A DNA stretch of 64,000 bases from an uncultured Gammaproteobacteria bacterium (GCA_964486065.1 CAZAKN010000003.1:18559-82558), one strand, 5' to 3'. Counted from the stretch's first letter, positions 26,909-37,826 are shown. Notes: a model not told the origin generated them from the sequence alone. A program made the numbers and translations.

Positions 26909-27247
26909 ATGACTGGAAAAAAGGAAAATCAATCAGTAGACGGTTTACAAAGAGTAAGGATCAAGATCAAAGCTTTTGATCATAAAATTATTGATCAATC
27001 TACTCGTACAATTATTGAAGCCGGAGAAAGAACCGGAGCCAGTATTAAAGGCCCGATTCCTTTACCCGTGGAAATAAAAAAGTACACCGTAAATCGTTCA
27101 ACTTTTGTTCATAAAGATGCCAGAGATCAATATGAAATGCGCATCCACAAAAGACTGATTGATATCGTAAATCCAAACGAAAAAACCATTGATTCATTGA
27201 TGAATTTGAACTTGCCTGCTGGGGTTGACATTGAGATAAAGATGTAA
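26909..27247 (+). CDS. rpsJ: 30S ribosomal protein S10
   Basis: [32 protein letters not shown]. Confidence 0.98.
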   Translation: MTGKKENQSVDGLQRVRIKIKAFDHKIIDQSTRTIIEAGERTGASIKGPIPLPVEIKKYTVNRSTFVHKDARDQYEMRIHKRLIDIVNPNEKTIDSLMNLNLPAGVDIEIKM

Positions 27248-27350
27248 TAGAATTTTACTACCCGAAAGGCTGTGATGCTTGATAATTTCAAATGCATTTA
27301 TGCAAGATGCGACTTGATAAACAGGTTGACTTAAATATTACCGGTAATTT

Positions 27351-27379
27351 AAGGACCGGGCGTTAAGTCCGGTCCTTTT
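27351..27379 (+). promoter_or_regulatory. Terminator-like hairpin in the rpsJ-rplC spacer
   Basis: AAGGACCGGGC-gttaa-GTCCGGTCCTT followed by TT. Confidence 0.6.
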
Positions 27380-27393
27380 GATTATATTAAAAT

Positions 27394-28251
27394 ATGAAAT
27401 TCATTATAGGTAAAAAACAAGAAATGACGCAGTACTTCAAAGAAGATGGTACTGTTGTACCCGTAACCAGAGTGGTTGCCGGTCCTTGTTTTGTTACCGT
27501 AAAAAAAGATTACGAAAAAGATGGATATAGATCCGTGCAATTAGCTTGGGGAGAAAAAAAAGAAAAAAATACCAATAAAGCTTTACGCGGATTTTTTAAA
27601 AAATTAAACTTGGCAAATGCCCAAAAAGTTAAAGAATTCAGATTGGATAAGGATGATACCATGTTTGAAAAAATAAATGCTGGAGAAAAAATTGATGTGG
27701 GAATTTTTCAAGCGGGAGATATTGCAAAAATTCAAGGCATTTCCAAAGGTAAAGGTTTTCAAGGTGTAGTGAAAAGACATGGATTTAGTGGTAGCCCAGC
27801 AAGCCATGGTCATAAAGATCAGTTGCGCATGCCCGGTTCGGTGGGTGCTACGGGACCGGCCAGAGTTTTTAAAGGAACCAGAATGGGGGGTCGCATGGGC
27901 GGAGAAAATGTTACTGTGTTTAATTTGGAAATTGTTGATGTTAAAGCTGAAAACAATGAATTATTTATTAAAGGAGCGGTCCCAGGGGCTTATAATAGTG
28001 AAATTTTTATAACAGCGGAAGGCGAATTTGAACCACAAAAGACTGAAGAAAAAAAAGATGATAAAAATAATAATCAAGAAGAAAAAGCTACTAAAGAAAA
28101 ACAAGAAAATGATAATGATAAGAAATCAAATCAGGATTTAGAGCAATCTCCCGCGGTAGCGGAACAAAATTCTGAAGAAATAAAACACGAAAAAGTTGAA
28201 AACCAAGAAGAAAAGAGAACTGATAACGAGGAAAAAAAGGAAAGTAAATAA
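27394..28251 (+). CDS. rplC: 50S ribosomal protein L3 with charged C-terminal extension
   Basis: SKGKGFQGVVKRH, PGSVG, KGAVPG. Confidence 0.98.
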   Translation: MKFIIGKKQEMTQYFKEDGTVVPVTRVVAGPCFVTVKKDYEKDGYRSVQLAWGEKKEKNTNKALRGFFKKLNLANAQKVKEFRLDKDDTMFEKINAGEKIDVGIFQAGDIAKIQGISKGKGFQGVVKRHGFSGSPASHGHKDQLRMPGSVGATGPARVFKGTRMGGRMGGENVTVFNLEIVDVKAENNELFIKGAVPGAYNSEIFITAEGEFEPQKTEEKKDDKNNNQEEKATKEKQENDNDKKSNQDLEQSPAVAEQNSEEIKHEKVENQEEKRTDNEEKKESK

Positions 28252-28253
28252 AT

Positions 28254-28886
28254 ATGGCCAAAGCAAATTTATATAATGCAAAAGGTGAAAAACAAGGGGA
28301 AGTGGATTTAAACCCCGCAGTTTTTGAAGTAAAGATCAATGAAAATTTAGTTCACCAAGCTTTGGTTGCGATTTTAGCGAATTCAAGATATAATTTTGCT
28401 CATACAAAAGATAGAAGTGATGTTCGTGGTGGAGGCAAGAAACCTTGGAGGCAAAAAGGAACTGGGCGCGCCAGAGTGGGTTCAAACAGATCACCGTTAT
28501 GGAAGGGGGGAGGTGTTACTTTCGGTCCTGCTTGTAATGTAAATTTTGCCAAAAAGTTAAATAAAAAAATGCGAGCTAAAGCTTTGCTGATGATTTTATC
28601 CGATAGAGCTGAAAACGGTAATGTGGCGATAATTAGCGAATTGTCCATGGAAAAACCACAAACTTTTCAAATGGTGGAACTTTTGAAAAGGATTGAAATG
28701 CCGAAAAAAACTTTGTTGGTTATTGATAAAATGGAAGAAAATATTTTCAAATCAATCAGAAACTATGAAAACGCGGAAGTTTTGGCTGCTAACAGTTTAA
28801 ATGTAAAGGATTTGTTGAACAATGAAAATGTAGTGTTTACTCAAGCCGCGTTACCGATAATTGAAAAAAATTATTTGATAAAATAG
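28254..28886 (+). CDS. rplD: 50S ribosomal protein L4
   Basis: GGGKKPWRQKGTGRAR. Confidence 0.98.
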   Translation: MAKANLYNAKGEKQGEVDLNPAVFEVKINENLVHQALVAILANSRYNFAHTKDRSDVRGGGKKPWRQKGTGRARVGSNRSPLWKGGGVTFGPACNVNFAKKLNKKMRAKALLMILSDRAENGNVAIISELSMEKPQTFQMVELLKRIEMPKKTLLVIDKMEENIFKSIRNYENAEVLAANSLNVKDLLNNENVVFTQAALPIIEKNYLIK

Positions 28887-28887
28887 T

Positions 28888-29274
28888 ATGAGTGCTTTAA
28901 CAGATAAAAAAACAGAAGATAAAAATACAAAAAGTGTGGAAAAAACAGCTAATGTTAAAGTTGCTTCAAAAACACAAAAAAAACAAGATGAAAATGTAAG
29001 CAAAATATTATTGGCTCCGTATATTACCGAAAAAGCTACGGATCAAGCTGCTTTAAACAAATATACTTTTATTGTAGCTCCTAATGTAAATAAAAACGAA
29101 GTTATTAAAAAAGTGAAAAATTTATACGGAGTTAATCCGATAAAAGTAAATTTTATTTATAAACCGGGTAAAAAAGTCAGATATGGCAGAAAATTCAGTC
29201 AAAGATCCAGTTTGAAAAAAGCAATTGTTACTTTGCCGCAAGGTGAAAACATTGAATTGTACGAAGGAGTATAA
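28888..29274 (+). CDS. rplW: 50S ribosomal protein L23 (N-terminal extension)
   Basis: PYITEKA, NKYTF, KKAIVTL. Confidence 0.96.
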   Translation: MSALTDKKTEDKNTKSVEKTANVKVASKTQKKQDENVSKILLAPYITEKATDQAALNKYTFIVAPNVNKNEVIKKVKNLYGVNPIKVNFIYKPGKKVRYGRKFSQRSSLKKAIVTLPQGENIELYEGV

Positions 29275-29286
29275 ATTAAATAGAAT

Positions 29287-30132
29287 ATGTCTATCAAAGT
29301 TTATAAACCGATCAGTAATGCCAGACGCCAGATGAGTATGGTGGATTATTCAGATATCGCAAAAAAAAGACCGGAAAAATCTTTAATTAAGATAATTAAA
29401 AAAAATGCAGGAAGAAATTCTCAGGGGAGAATCACGGTAAGACACAGAGGCGGAGGAAGTAAAAGATTTTATAGAATAATTGATTTTAAAAGAGATAAAT
29501 TTGATATTCCTGCAAAAGTTGAAGCGTTTGAATACGATCCGAACCGTTCCGCCAAGATTGCGTTGCTTAAATATAAAGATGGAGAGAAAAGATATATAAT
29601 CGCTCCGGCTGAATTGAAGGTTAATGATGAATTGATTTCTTCAAAATCAAAAGTAAAAATAAAACCCGGAAACAGTACCACTTTGGAAAATGTACCAATA
29701 GGGTCATTTGTTCATAATATCGAAATGGTTCCGGGAAGAGGCGCTGCTATCGCCAGATCCGCCGGTAATTGGGCCAAACTAATGGCCGTGGAAGGAAAAT
29801 ACGCTCAATTGAGAATGCCTTCAACGGAAATAAGATTGGTTCCCAAAGAATCAATGGCAACTATCGGTCAAGTGGGTACTTCTGAGCACATGCATATTAA
29901 AATCGGAAAAGCCGGAAGAAAAAGACATATGGGTTGGAGACCGGTTGTCAGAGGTAAAGCCATGAATCCTTGTGATCATCCTCATGGCGGTGGAGAAGGA
30001 GGTTGTCCGATCGGATTAAAACATCCCAAGACGCCTTGGGGGAAACCAGCCATGGGTTATATTACCAGGAAAAAGAATAAGTCGTCAGATAAGATGATAA
30101 TCACCAGAAGAAAAAAGAAAAAAAGGAAATAG
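29287..30132 (+). CDS. rplB: 50S ribosomal protein L2
   Basis: [25 protein letters not shown]. Confidence 0.99.
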   Translation: MSIKVYKPISNARRQMSMVDYSDIAKKRPEKSLIKIIKKNAGRNSQGRITVRHRGGGSKRFYRIIDFKRDKFDIPAKVEAFEYDPNRSAKIALLKYKDGEKRYIIAPAELKVNDELISSKSKVKIKPGNSTTLENVPIGSFVHNIEMVPGRGAAIARSAGNWAKLMAVEGKYAQLRMPSTEIRLVPKESMATIGQVGTSEHMHIKIGKAGRKRHMGWRPVVRGKAMNPCDHPHGGGEGGCPIGLKHPKTPWGKPAMGYITRKKNKSSDKMIITRRKKKKRK

Positions 30133-30150
30133 TGTTAATAAGTATTCATT

Positions 30151-30432
30151 ATGTCAAGAAGTATAAAAAAAGGACCATTTATTGATCAACGGTTACTGAA
30201 AAAGGTGGCTAATTTGAAGCAGGGCGATAAAACGGTTATAAAAACTTGGTCCAGAGCCGCGATTATTACTCCGGAAATGGTTGGATTTACTTTCGGTGTG
30301 CATAATGGTAAAAACCATATTGAAGTTTATGTTGTGGAAGATATGGTTGGTCATAAATTAGGCGAGTTTTCGCCGACAAGAACATTTAGAAGTCATGGAG
30401 GTAAAATGGCTAAAGCGCAAGCTAAAAAATAA
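30151..30432 (+). CDS. rpsS: 30S ribosomal protein S19
   Basis: [22 protein letters not shown]. Confidence 0.98.
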   Translation: MSRSIKKGPFIDQRLLKKVANLKQGDKTVIKTWSRAAIITPEMVGFTFGVHNGKNHIEVYVVEDMVGHKLGEFSPTRTFRSHGGKMAKAQAKK

Positions 30433-30437
30433 ATAGT

Positions 30438-31031
30438 ATGGAATTTAAAGCAAAAGCAAAAAATATTAGAATTTCTCCTAGGAAAACCAGATTGGTTGTT
30501 GATGTGGTGCGTGGTTTGGATGTGGAAGAAGCTTTGAATAGACTTGATTTGTTGCGTAAAAAAGCAGTCAAACCGGTGGCTAAATTGATTAATTCTTCAA
30601 TTGCTAACGCAGAACATAGTTTTAACGCTGAAAAAAATAATTTATTTATAAAAACAATTAAAGTTGATGAAGGACCGACTCTTTATAGATGGATGCCGAG
30701 AGCTCACGGGAGAGCTACTCCTTTGAGAAAAAAGACAAGTATAATTTCATTGATTTTGGACGAAAAAGTTCCGACTGTTGAAGCGAAAAAAGATAAATCA
30801 AAGAAACCGGAAGCGGTTAAGGTACAGAAAGTAAAAGGATCCGAACCTGTTGAAAAAGTGGCTGATGATAAAGAAAGAATTAACGAAGAATTGAAAAGTG
30901 AAAAGACCAATATTGAAGGATATGATCACAAAAGAAAAGGAGGCTTTAGAGATGTAAAGAGTCAAGAGAAAGATAGCAAAAAAGAAAAAGGATTTTTAAA
31001 TAAGGTATTTAGAAGAAAATCCGGGATGTAA
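30438..31031 (+). CDS. rplV: 50S ribosomal protein L22 with long C-terminal extension
   Basis: RISPRK, ANAEH, VDEGP, PRAHGRA. Confidence 0.97.
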   Translation: MEFKAKAKNIRISPRKTRLVVDVVRGLDVEEALNRLDLLRKKAVKPVAKLINSSIANAEHSFNAEKNNLFIKTIKVDEGPTLYRWMPRAHGRATPLRKKTSIISLILDEKVPTVEAKKDKSKKPEAVKVQKVKGSEPVEKVADDKERINEELKSEKTNIEGYDHKRKGGFRDVKSQEKDSKKEKGFLNKVFRRKSGM

Positions 31032-31054
31032 TAAATATTCCAAAATGGAAATCT

Positions 31055-31735
31055 ATGGGAAAAAAGATTAATCCAAAAGTATTAAGAATAAAGAAAATCA
31101 AAACCTGGGATTCCAGATGGTTTTCTGATAAAAACTACCAGTTATTTTTGGAGGCTGATATTAAATTGAAAAAATTTTTGCATAAAAAATTGGAAGCCGC
31201 TTTTATTGGCGATATAAATATTGAAAGAACTGAAAAAGAAGTTAATGTTGTTATTTATGCGGCTCGTCCCGGTGTGATTATCGGTAGAGGAGGAAGCAGT
31301 ATTGAGGATTTGAAAAAGGAAATTTCCCGAAAATTTATCAAAAATCCGAAAATAAATGTTAAATTGAATATTAAAGAAGTTGAAAATCAAAGCTTGGATG
31401 CAAGAGTTATCGCTCAAAGTATAAAATTGGATATTGAAAAAAGAATGCCTTTTCGTAGGGCAATGAAGCAAGCTGTTTCTCGCGTGGAAAGAGCCAGAGC
31501 CAAAGGTGTTAAAATTCAATTATCTGGAAGATTAAATGGAGTTGAAATAGCGCGTTCAGAAAAATTGATTTCCGGAAAAGTGCCTTTACATACTTTTAGA
31601 GCGGACATTGATTACGCTTTCGTGGAGGCAAATACCATTTATGGTGTAATCGGAATAAAAGTTTGGATTTATCGTGGAGATATTTTTAATAAGAAAAAGG
31701 AGGAAAAAAATGATACTAAAAAAAAGAAACAATAG
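31055..31735 (+). CDS. rpsC: 30S ribosomal protein S3
   Basis: RPGVIIGR, SGRLNGVEIAR, PLHTFRADIDY. Confidence 0.98.
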   Translation: MGKKINPKVLRIKKIKTWDSRWFSDKNYQLFLEADIKLKKFLHKKLEAAFIGDINIERTEKEVNVVIYAARPGVIIGRGGSSIEDLKKEISRKFIKNPKINVKLNIKEVENQSLDARVIAQSIKLDIEKRMPFRRAMKQAVSRVERARAKGVKIQLSGRLNGVEIARSEKLISGKVPLHTFRADIDYAFVEANTIYGVIGIKVWIYRGDIFNKKKEEKNDTKKKKQ

Positions 31736-31743
31736 TTTGATAT

Positions 31744-32160
31744 ATGTTGATGCCAAGAAAACAAAAACATAGAAAATGGCAAAAGGGTAGAGGCAGAAAA
31801 GGAAACTCAGTCGCCACGAGAAATACGGAAATTAATTTTGGTGAATTTGGATTAAAGGCCACTACCGGAGCTTGGATTTCTTCCAAGCAAATCGAATCGG
31901 CCAGAAGAGCAATGACCAGATATATTAAACGCGGAGGTAAGATTTGGATTAAGATATTTCCGGATAAACCGGTTACAGCAAAGGGGGCTCAGGCTACCAT
32001 GGGAAGCGGAAAAGGAAATCCGGAATACTTTGTTGCCGTAGTTAAACCCGGTACTGTAATATTTGAAATGCAAGGCGTAGCTGAAGATTCGGCTAAGGAA
32101 GCTATGCGGTTGGCGGGACATAAATTGCCAGTAAAAACCAAATTCATTGTTAAAGGTTAA
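31744..32160 (+). CDS. rplP: 50S ribosomal protein L16
   Basis: QIESARR, IFPDKP, MGSGKG, HKLP. Confidence 0.98.
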   Translation: MLMPRKQKHRKWQKGRGRKGNSVATRNTEINFGEFGLKATTGAWISSKQIESARRAMTRYIKRGGKIWIKIFPDKPVTAKGAQATMGSGKGNPEYFVAVVKPGTVIFEMQGVAEDSAKEAMRLAGHKLPVKTKFIVKG

Positions 32161-32163
32161 ATT

Positions 32164-32352
32164 ATGAAATTAAAAGAATTAAAAGAAAAAAATAATGGTC
32201 AGCTGGAAAAGCTTTTAATGGAATTGTCTGCCAAAAAGCAAGAGTTAAATTTTAAAATTGCCGTAAGCCAAATTAAAAATATAAGAGAGATAAGAGAAGT
32301 TAAAAAAAATATTGCTCAAATTAACACTTTATTAAAAGAGCGCGAAAAATAA
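32164..32352 (+). CDS. rpmC: 50S ribosomal protein L29
   Basis: Operon position; IREVKKNIAQINT. Confidence 0.93.
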   Translation: MKLKELKEKNNGQLEKLLMELSAKKQELNFKIAVSQIKNIREIREVKKNIAQINTLLKEREK

Positions 32353-32355
32353 TTT

Positions 32356-32616
32356 ATGTCAGATAACGAAAACAACAAAATAACCAGAAAATTTATCGGT
32401 GTTGTATCCAGTAATAAGATGGATAAAACCGTAGTGGTTAAGATTGAAAAAAAAGTTCAACATAAAGTTTATAAAAAATTGATTAAATTTAGTAAAAGTT
32501 TTAAAGTTCATGATGAAAAAAACGAAGCTAAGGTTGGTGATAGAGTTGTTTTCCAAGAGTGCCGACCTTTAAGTAAAGAAAAAAGATGGAGAATTGTTGA
32601 AATATTGAAAAAGTAA
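32356..32616 (+). CDS. rpsQ: 30S ribosomal protein S17
   Basis: [21 protein letters not shown]. Confidence 0.97.
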   Translation: MSDNENNKITRKFIGVVSSNKMDKTVVVKIEKKVQHKVYKKLIKFSKSFKVHDEKNEAKVGDRVVFQECRPLSKEKRWRIVEILKK

Positions 32617-32632
32617 TCAACTATAACTATAT

Positions 32633-33004
32633 ATGATACAGCATAGATCAATCTTAAAATCAGCTGATAATACGGGAGCAAAAAGAATCCAATGTATTAA
32701 AGTTTTGGGAGGATACAAAAAGAGATATGCAAGAATTGGAGATATTATTACTATCAGTATAAAAGAAGCAAAGCCGCATAGCATGGTTAAAAAGGGAGAA
32801 GTTTTGCACGCGGTTGTTGTCCGAACCAAAAAAGAAACCCGTAGAGAGGATGGTTCATATATTAGATTTGATGAAAATGCGGTAGTTATAATTGATAAAA
32901 ATAATAAAGACCCCAAAGGAACTCGTATTTTCGGTCCCATTGCCAGAGAAGTCAGAAAAAAGGGTTTTAATAAGATTGTGTCTTTGGCACCTGAAGTTTT
33001 ATAA
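32633..33004 (+). CDS. rplN: 50S ribosomal protein L14
   Basis: ADNTGAK, FDENA, GTRIFGP, SLAPEVL. Confidence 0.98.
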   Translation: MIQHRSILKSADNTGAKRIQCIKVLGGYKKRYARIGDIITISIKEAKPHSMVKKGEVLHAVVVRTKKETRREDGSYIRFDENAVVIIDKNNKDPKGTRIFGPIAREVRKKGFNKIVSLAPEVL

Positions 33005-33013
33005 AAATATAAT

Positions 33014-33373
33014 ATGAAATTAAAAAAGGGAGACAAAGTTCAAATAGTTGCCGGTAAGGACAGAATAAAGACCACCAAATCCGGCACAAAAACCACCAAA
33101 GGAAACCAAGGTAAAGTTTTACAAGTTTTGGTTGATAAAGAAAAAGTTGTGGTTGAAGGTTTGAATTTAAGATATAAACATGTAAGAGCAAGAAAACAAG
33201 GTGAAAAAGGTCAAAAGATTCAATTTCCGGCGGCCATGGATGTTTCCAATGTAATGTTAGTTTGTCCTAAATGTAAAAAAATCACCAGAATTGGATATAA
33301 AGTTTTGGATACTGATGTTAAAGGTAAGAAAAAGGTGAGAATATGTAGAAAATGTAAAGAAGCAATTGATTAA
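33014..33373 (+). CDS. rplX: 50S ribosomal protein L24
   Basis: KKGDKV..AGKD, VEGLN, SNV, CPKC..CRKC. Confidence 0.96.
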   Translation: MKLKKGDKVQIVAGKDRIKTTKSGTKTTKGNQGKVLQVLVDKEKVVVEGLNLRYKHVRARKQGEKGQKIQFPAAMDVSNVMLVCPKCKKITRIGYKVLDTDVKGKKKVRICRKCKEAID

Positions 33374-33380
33374 ATATAGT

Positions 33381-33932
33381 ATGAATAATTTGCAAAAAAA
33401 TTATAATGAAAAAGTATTGTCTGAAATGAGGGAAAAATTTGGTATAAAAAATATTATGGCGGTGCCAAGAATTGAAAAAGTGGTTATTAATGTTGGAATC
33501 GGTCAAGGATTAAAAGATAAGGAGTATTTGAAAACCGTTATTAATACATTGACAGCGATTTCAGGGCAGAAACCGGTTGAAACAAAAGCCAGAAAATCAA
33601 TTTCCAATTTTAAAATAAGAGAAGGAATGGTTGTTGGCGCGAAAGTTACTTTGCGCGGTAAGAAGATGTGGGATTTTTTGGAAAAATTGGTAAAGGTAAC
33701 TTTGCCGAGAGTTCGTGATTTTCGTGGTATTTCTCCGGATGCTTTTGATAAAAAGGGTAATTATATTTTAGGATTTAAAGAATATGTGGCTTTTCCTGAA
33801 ATTAAGCAGGATGATATAGAAATTATTCATGGATTGGAAGTATCTATTAATACTACGGCAAATAATAAAGAAGAAGGATTTGCATTATTATCATTTTTGG
33901 GATTTCCTTTTAAAAAGAAAGAAACAAAATAA
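33381..33932 (+). CDS. rplE: 50S ribosomal protein L5
   Basis: KVVINVG, GQKP, LPRVRDFRG, FPEI. Confidence 0.98.
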   Translation: MNNLQKNYNEKVLSEMREKFGIKNIMAVPRIEKVVINVGIGQGLKDKEYLKTVINTLTAISGQKPVETKARKSISNFKIREGMVVGAKVTLRGKKMWDFLEKLVKVTLPRVRDFRGISPDAFDKKGNYILGFKEYVAFPEIKQDDIEIIHGLEVSINTTANNKEEGFALLSFLGFPFKKKETK

Positions 33933-33938
33933 ATAAAT

Positions 33939-34124
33939 ATGGCAACTAAAGCTCAAGAAGCAAAATCAAACAGATCTCCCAAGTTTTCAACCAGACAAGT
34001 TAACAGATGTTGGAAATGCGGTAGACGACATGGATACATGAGAAAATTCGGTTTATGCAGAATTTGTTTTAGAGAATTGGCGGAAAGAGGGGAACTTCCC
34101 GGAGTAACCCGTAGTAGCTGGTAA
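33939..34124 (+). CDS. rpsN: 30S ribosomal protein S14, type Z (Zn-binding)
   Basis: [20 protein letters not shown]. Confidence 0.97.
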   Translation: MATKAQEAKSNRSPKFSTRQVNRCWKCGRRHGYMRKFGLCRICFRELAERGELPGVTRSSW

Positions 34125-34145
34125 AAATAATATTATTAAATACTT

Positions 34146-34532
34146 ATGACAGACTCTATCGCCGACATGTTAACAAGAATCAGAAACGCCAGCCGCGTAG
34201 GCAAGGTTAAGGTTTTGATCCCTCATTCAAAATTGAAGTTGGAATTGGCAAAAATTTTAAAAGAAGAAAAATATATTGCCGATTATAAAGAGGTGGAAAA
34301 TAAATTTAAAGAAATTGAAGTTAAATTAAAATACGAAAACGGAAATTCCGTTATCAACAGTATTAAACGAGTAAGTAAACCGGGGCAAAGAATTTATTAT
34401 AATTCTCAAGAATTACCACGAGTATTAAACGGTTACGGCATTTCGGTTGTTTCAACTTCACAAGGAATAATGACAAATAAACAAGCTAGAAAAAATAAAA
34501 TCGGTGGAGAAGTATTATTTGAAATATATTAA
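34146..34532 (+). CDS. rpsH: 30S ribosomal protein S8
   Basis: DSIADMLTRIRN, SKPG, STSQG, GGE. Confidence 0.98.
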   Translation: MTDSIADMLTRIRNASRVGKVKVLIPHSKLKLELAKILKEEKYIADYKEVENKFKEIEVKLKYENGNSVINSIKRVSKPGQRIYYNSQELPRVLNGYGISVVSTSQGIMTNKQARKNKIGGEVLFEIY

Positions 34533-34540
34533 TTTATTAT

Positions 34541-35089
34541 ATGTCTAGAATCGGTAAACAACCAATTGAGTTACCCTCGGGTGTGGAAGCCAGAGAAGAA
34601 AATGGCACTATTATCGTAAAGGGGCCAAAAGGCGAGCTACAACAAAAATTGCATCCTTTGGTTAAAATTGAATTTGTGGAAAATCAAATTATTGTTAAGG
34701 TTGATTTGCCGGAAGATAATAAACAAAACGCACTTTGGGGATTGTTTAGAAGTTTGGTTTATAATATGGTTCAGGGTGTTACTGAAGGCTTTAAAAAAAA
34801 ATTGGAAATTAACGGTGTAGGGTATAAAGCCAGCGTGAGCGGTAAAAAATTGACTTTAAATGTGGGATATTCGCATCCGGTTGATTTCATGTTGCCACAA
34901 GAAATTGAATGTGAAGTAGAAAAGAATTTAATTACTATAAAAGGAATCAATAAACAACAAGTGGGAGAAGTGGCCGCCAATATCAGAAAAATCAGAAAAC
35001 CGGAACCATATAAAGGAAAAGGAATTAAATATGCCGATGAAATAATCAGGAGAAAAGCCGGAAAAGCGGCAGCTAAGGCGGCATCATAA
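34541..35089 (+). CDS. rplF: 50S ribosomal protein L6
   Basis: [18 protein letters not shown]. Confidence 0.98.
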   Translation: MSRIGKQPIELPSGVEAREENGTIIVKGPKGELQQKLHPLVKIEFVENQIIVKVDLPEDNKQNALWGLFRSLVYNMVQGVTEGFKKKLEINGVGYKASVSGKKLTLNVGYSHPVDFMLPQEIECEVEKNLITIKGINKQQVGEVAANIRKIRKPEPYKGKGIKYADEIIRRKAGKAAAKAAS

Positions 35090-35094
35090 AACAT

Positions 35095-35451
35095 ATGAAT
35101 AAGGAAAAAGCAATTAAAAAAACCAATAAAGCGTTAAGAACAAGAAGAACCAGACAAACATTGAAAGGTAATAACAAAGATTTACCTCGTCTGAGCGTGT
35201 TTAGAAGTTTGAGACATTTAAATGCTCAAATTATAGATGACAACCAAGGAGTAACTTTGTGTGCTGTTTCGGATAAAGAAGCTTCAAAAGGAAAACCTAT
35301 GGAAAAAGCGACTGAATTGGGTAAACTTTTGGCTGAAAAAGCCATGGCTAAAAAAATTAATAAAGTTAAGTTTGATAGAAGTTGTTATAAATATCACGGC
35401 AGAGTGAAAGCATTAGCGGAATCGGCCAGAGAAGCTGGATTGGAAATTTAA
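35095..35451 (+). CDS. rplR: 50S ribosomal protein L18
   Basis: [22 protein letters not shown]. Confidence 0.97.
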   Translation: MNKEKAIKKTNKALRTRRTRQTLKGNNKDLPRLSVFRSLRHLNAQIIDDNQGVTLCAVSDKEASKGKPMEKATELGKLLAEKAMAKKINKVKFDRSCYKYHGRVKALAESAREAGLEI

Positions 35452-35469
35452 TCTAATCGTTTAATATTT

Positions 35470-36066
35470 ATGGATAAAGGAAAAAGAAAATTTAAAAAAC
35501 AGGAAAAGCGTGAAGCTCCTGAATTTGATCAAAAAATTGTGGATTTGGCGCGTGTTACTCGTGTAATGGCCGGAGGTAAAAGAATGAAATTCCGAGCTTG
35601 TGTTGCTATTGGAAATAAAAAAGGTCAATTCGGAATAGGTTTGGCCAAAGGTGCGGATGTGGCTATCGCTGTCAATAAAGCCGTTAATAAAGCGCAAAAA
35701 AATATTTTGACCGTTCCGATTATAAAAGAAACAATACCTCATGAAGTATATTTAAAGCATAAAGCCGCTAAATTATTGCTTAAACCTGCACCTAAAGGTA
35801 CGGGAGTAAAGGCGGGTGGTGCGATTCGTGTTGCGTTGGAATTGGCGGGAGTGCCAAATGTCGTGGCAAAAATTTTAGGTACTAATAATAAAATGAACAA
35901 TTTGAATTGTTTAGTGGAAGCGGTGAAAAGTTTTAAAGTTAAACCAATTAAAACAAAGAAGACGGTTGCGTCTGATAATGTGAAACCGGAAAAAGAAGAA
36001 AAAAAATTGAATAAAAGTAATAATAAGAAACCGGAAAAAGAAAATAAACAAGATAAAAAATTGTAA
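35470..36066 (+). CDS. rpsE: 30S ribosomal protein S5
   Basis: RVTRVMAGG, KPAPKGTG, ELAG. Confidence 0.97.
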   Translation: MDKGKRKFKKQEKREAPEFDQKIVDLARVTRVMAGGKRMKFRACVAIGNKKGQFGIGLAKGADVAIAVNKAVNKAQKNILTVPIIKETIPHEVYLKHKAAKLLLKPAPKGTGVKAGGAIRVALELAGVPNVVAKILGTNNKMNNLNCLVEAVKSFKVKPIKTKKTVASDNVKPEKEEKKLNKSNNKKPEKENKQDKKL

Positions 36067-36071
36067 ATGAT

Positions 36072-36551
36072 ATGCCTTTGAAGTTACATAATTTATCAAA
36101 CAGCAAAAAAAGTAAAAAAAGAGTGGGCAGAGGAAACGCATCCGGTCGCGGGACTTATAGTACTCGTGGAATGAAGGGACAAAGATCTCGTTCAGGTGGT
36201 AAATCAGGCTTGAAAATTAAAGGCTTCAAGCAAAATTTATTGAGAATTCCTAAAATGAAAGGTCAAAAAAGTTTGCATCCGGATAATCAAGTCGTAAAAT
36301 TGTCGGTTTTGGAAAGTAAATATAAAGAAGGAGAACAGGTTAATCCTGGAACTTTATTTGAAAAAAATATTATTTCATCTCTTAAAAAACCGGTAAAAAT
36401 ATTGTATGATAAAGATATCAGCGTTAAATTTGAAGTCGCCGGTTGTTTAGCTTCCGGGAAAGCTCGCGAAGCGATGGAAAAAGCGGGAGGCTCATTTTTA
36501 GATGAAGTTAAGGAAGAGACTAAACAAGAAAAAACAGACAAAACAAAATAA
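36072..36551 (+). CDS. rplO: 50S ribosomal protein L15
   Basis: KRVGRG.ASGRG..STRGMKGQ.SRSG. Confidence 0.96.
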   Translation: MPLKLHNLSNSKKSKKRVGRGNASGRGTYSTRGMKGQRSRSGGKSGLKIKGFKQNLLRIPKMKGQKSLHPDNQVVKLSVLESKYKEGEQVNPGTLFEKNIISSLKKPVKILYDKDISVKFEVAGCLASGKAREAMEKAGGSFLDEVKEETKQEKTDKTK

Positions 36552-36554
36552 TTT

Positions 36555-37826
36555 ATGTTTGAAAAATTATTACAAATTTGGAAAGTGAAAGAAGTTCGCA
36601 ATAAAATTTTGTATGTTTTGGCAATGTTGGTTATTTTTCGAATAGCGGCTCATATCCCAATTCCGGGAGTAAATTTGGAAAACTTGCGTCAATTTTTCAA
36701 TTCAAATGAAATATTGGGATTGATGAATCTTTTCTCCGGAGGAGGTATGCAGAATTTTTCAATAGTCATGATGGGTATTGCGCCATATATTACTTCATCC
36801 ATTATTTTTCAGCTTTTGGCCATGATTATTCCAAAATTGGAAGAAATGAATAAAGAAGAAGCCGGACGAAGAAAAATTAATATGTGGACCAGAATTATGA
36901 CAGTACCTTTGGCTTTGCTTCAATCTTATGGAATGATTGTCATGTTGAATCAGTCACCTCGTCCGATTATTGCCGATATGAGTTTTATAAATTTGGCTTC
37001 CATGCTTATTACCATTACTGCGGGTACGATTTTCTTGATGTGGATAGGCGAGTTGATTACCGAAAAAAAAGTTGGAAACGGAATTTCTTTATTGATTTTC
37101 GCGGGCATTATCGCCAAGGTTCCCAGCTCAATTCAACAAACTTTGATCAATTTTGATAAAGCGCAAGTAATAAATCTATTGGTTTTCGCCGGCATTGCTT
37201 TGATAACCATTATTGGTGTGGTGATTATAACCGAAGCGCAAAGAAATATTCCGGTTGCTTATGCCAAAAGAGTGCGCGGTCATAAGATGTATGGAGGCAT
37301 GAATACTCACCTGCCTTTGCGGGTTAATCAAGCCGGAGTTATTCCTATCATTTTTGCCATTTCAGTAATTCTGTTTCCTCCTATGGTTTCACAATTGCTT
37401 TTAAGAGTACAGACAGGTTGGGTTCAAGATTTCGCCAACGGCGTAATTAATTTGTTTAATAATCAAATATTTTACGGGGTGTTGTATTTTATCTTGGTTT
37501 TCGCTTTTACATATTTTTATACTGCAGTTATTTTCCATCCTTATCAAATCGCGGAAAATTTACAGAAAAACGGAGGATTTATTCCGGGTATTAGACCAGG
37601 TAGATTTACGGCTGAATACTTGCAAGCGACCATTAGTAAAATTACCTTGACCGGCGCTCTGTTTTTGGCGGCTATAGCGGTTTTACCACTGCTTTTGCAA
37701 AATACCACGGGTATGCAATCAATGGTTATCGGTGGCACAAGTATTTTGATCGTAGTCAGTGTGGTTATTGAAATGGTGAAACAAATAGAATCTCAATTAA
37801 CCATGCGAGATTATGAAGGATTCTAA
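36555..37826 (+). CDS. secY: Preprotein translocase subunit SecY
   Basis: MGIAPYITSSII, GNGISL, AGVIPIIFA, FIPGIRPG, GGTS. Confidence 0.99.
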   Translation: MFEKLLQIWKVKEVRNKILYVLAMLVIFRIAAHIPIPGVNLENLRQFFNSNEILGLMNLFSGGGMQNFSIVMMGIAPYITSSIIFQLLAMIIPKLEEMNKEEAGRRKINMWTRIMTVPLALLQSYGMIVMLNQSPRPIIADMSFINLASMLITITAGTIFLMWIGELITEKKVGNGISLLIFAGIIAKVPSSIQQTLINFDKAQVINLLVFAGIALITIIGVVIITEAQRNIPVAYAKRVRGHKMYGGMNTHLPLRVNQAGVIPIIFAISVILFPPMVSQLLLRVQTGWVQDFANGVINLFNNQIFYGVLYFILVFAFTYFYTAVIFHPYQIAENLQKNGGFIPGIRPGRFTAEYLQATISKITLTGALFLAAIAVLPLLLQNTTGMQSMVIGGTSILIVVSVVIEMVKQIESQLTMRDYEGF

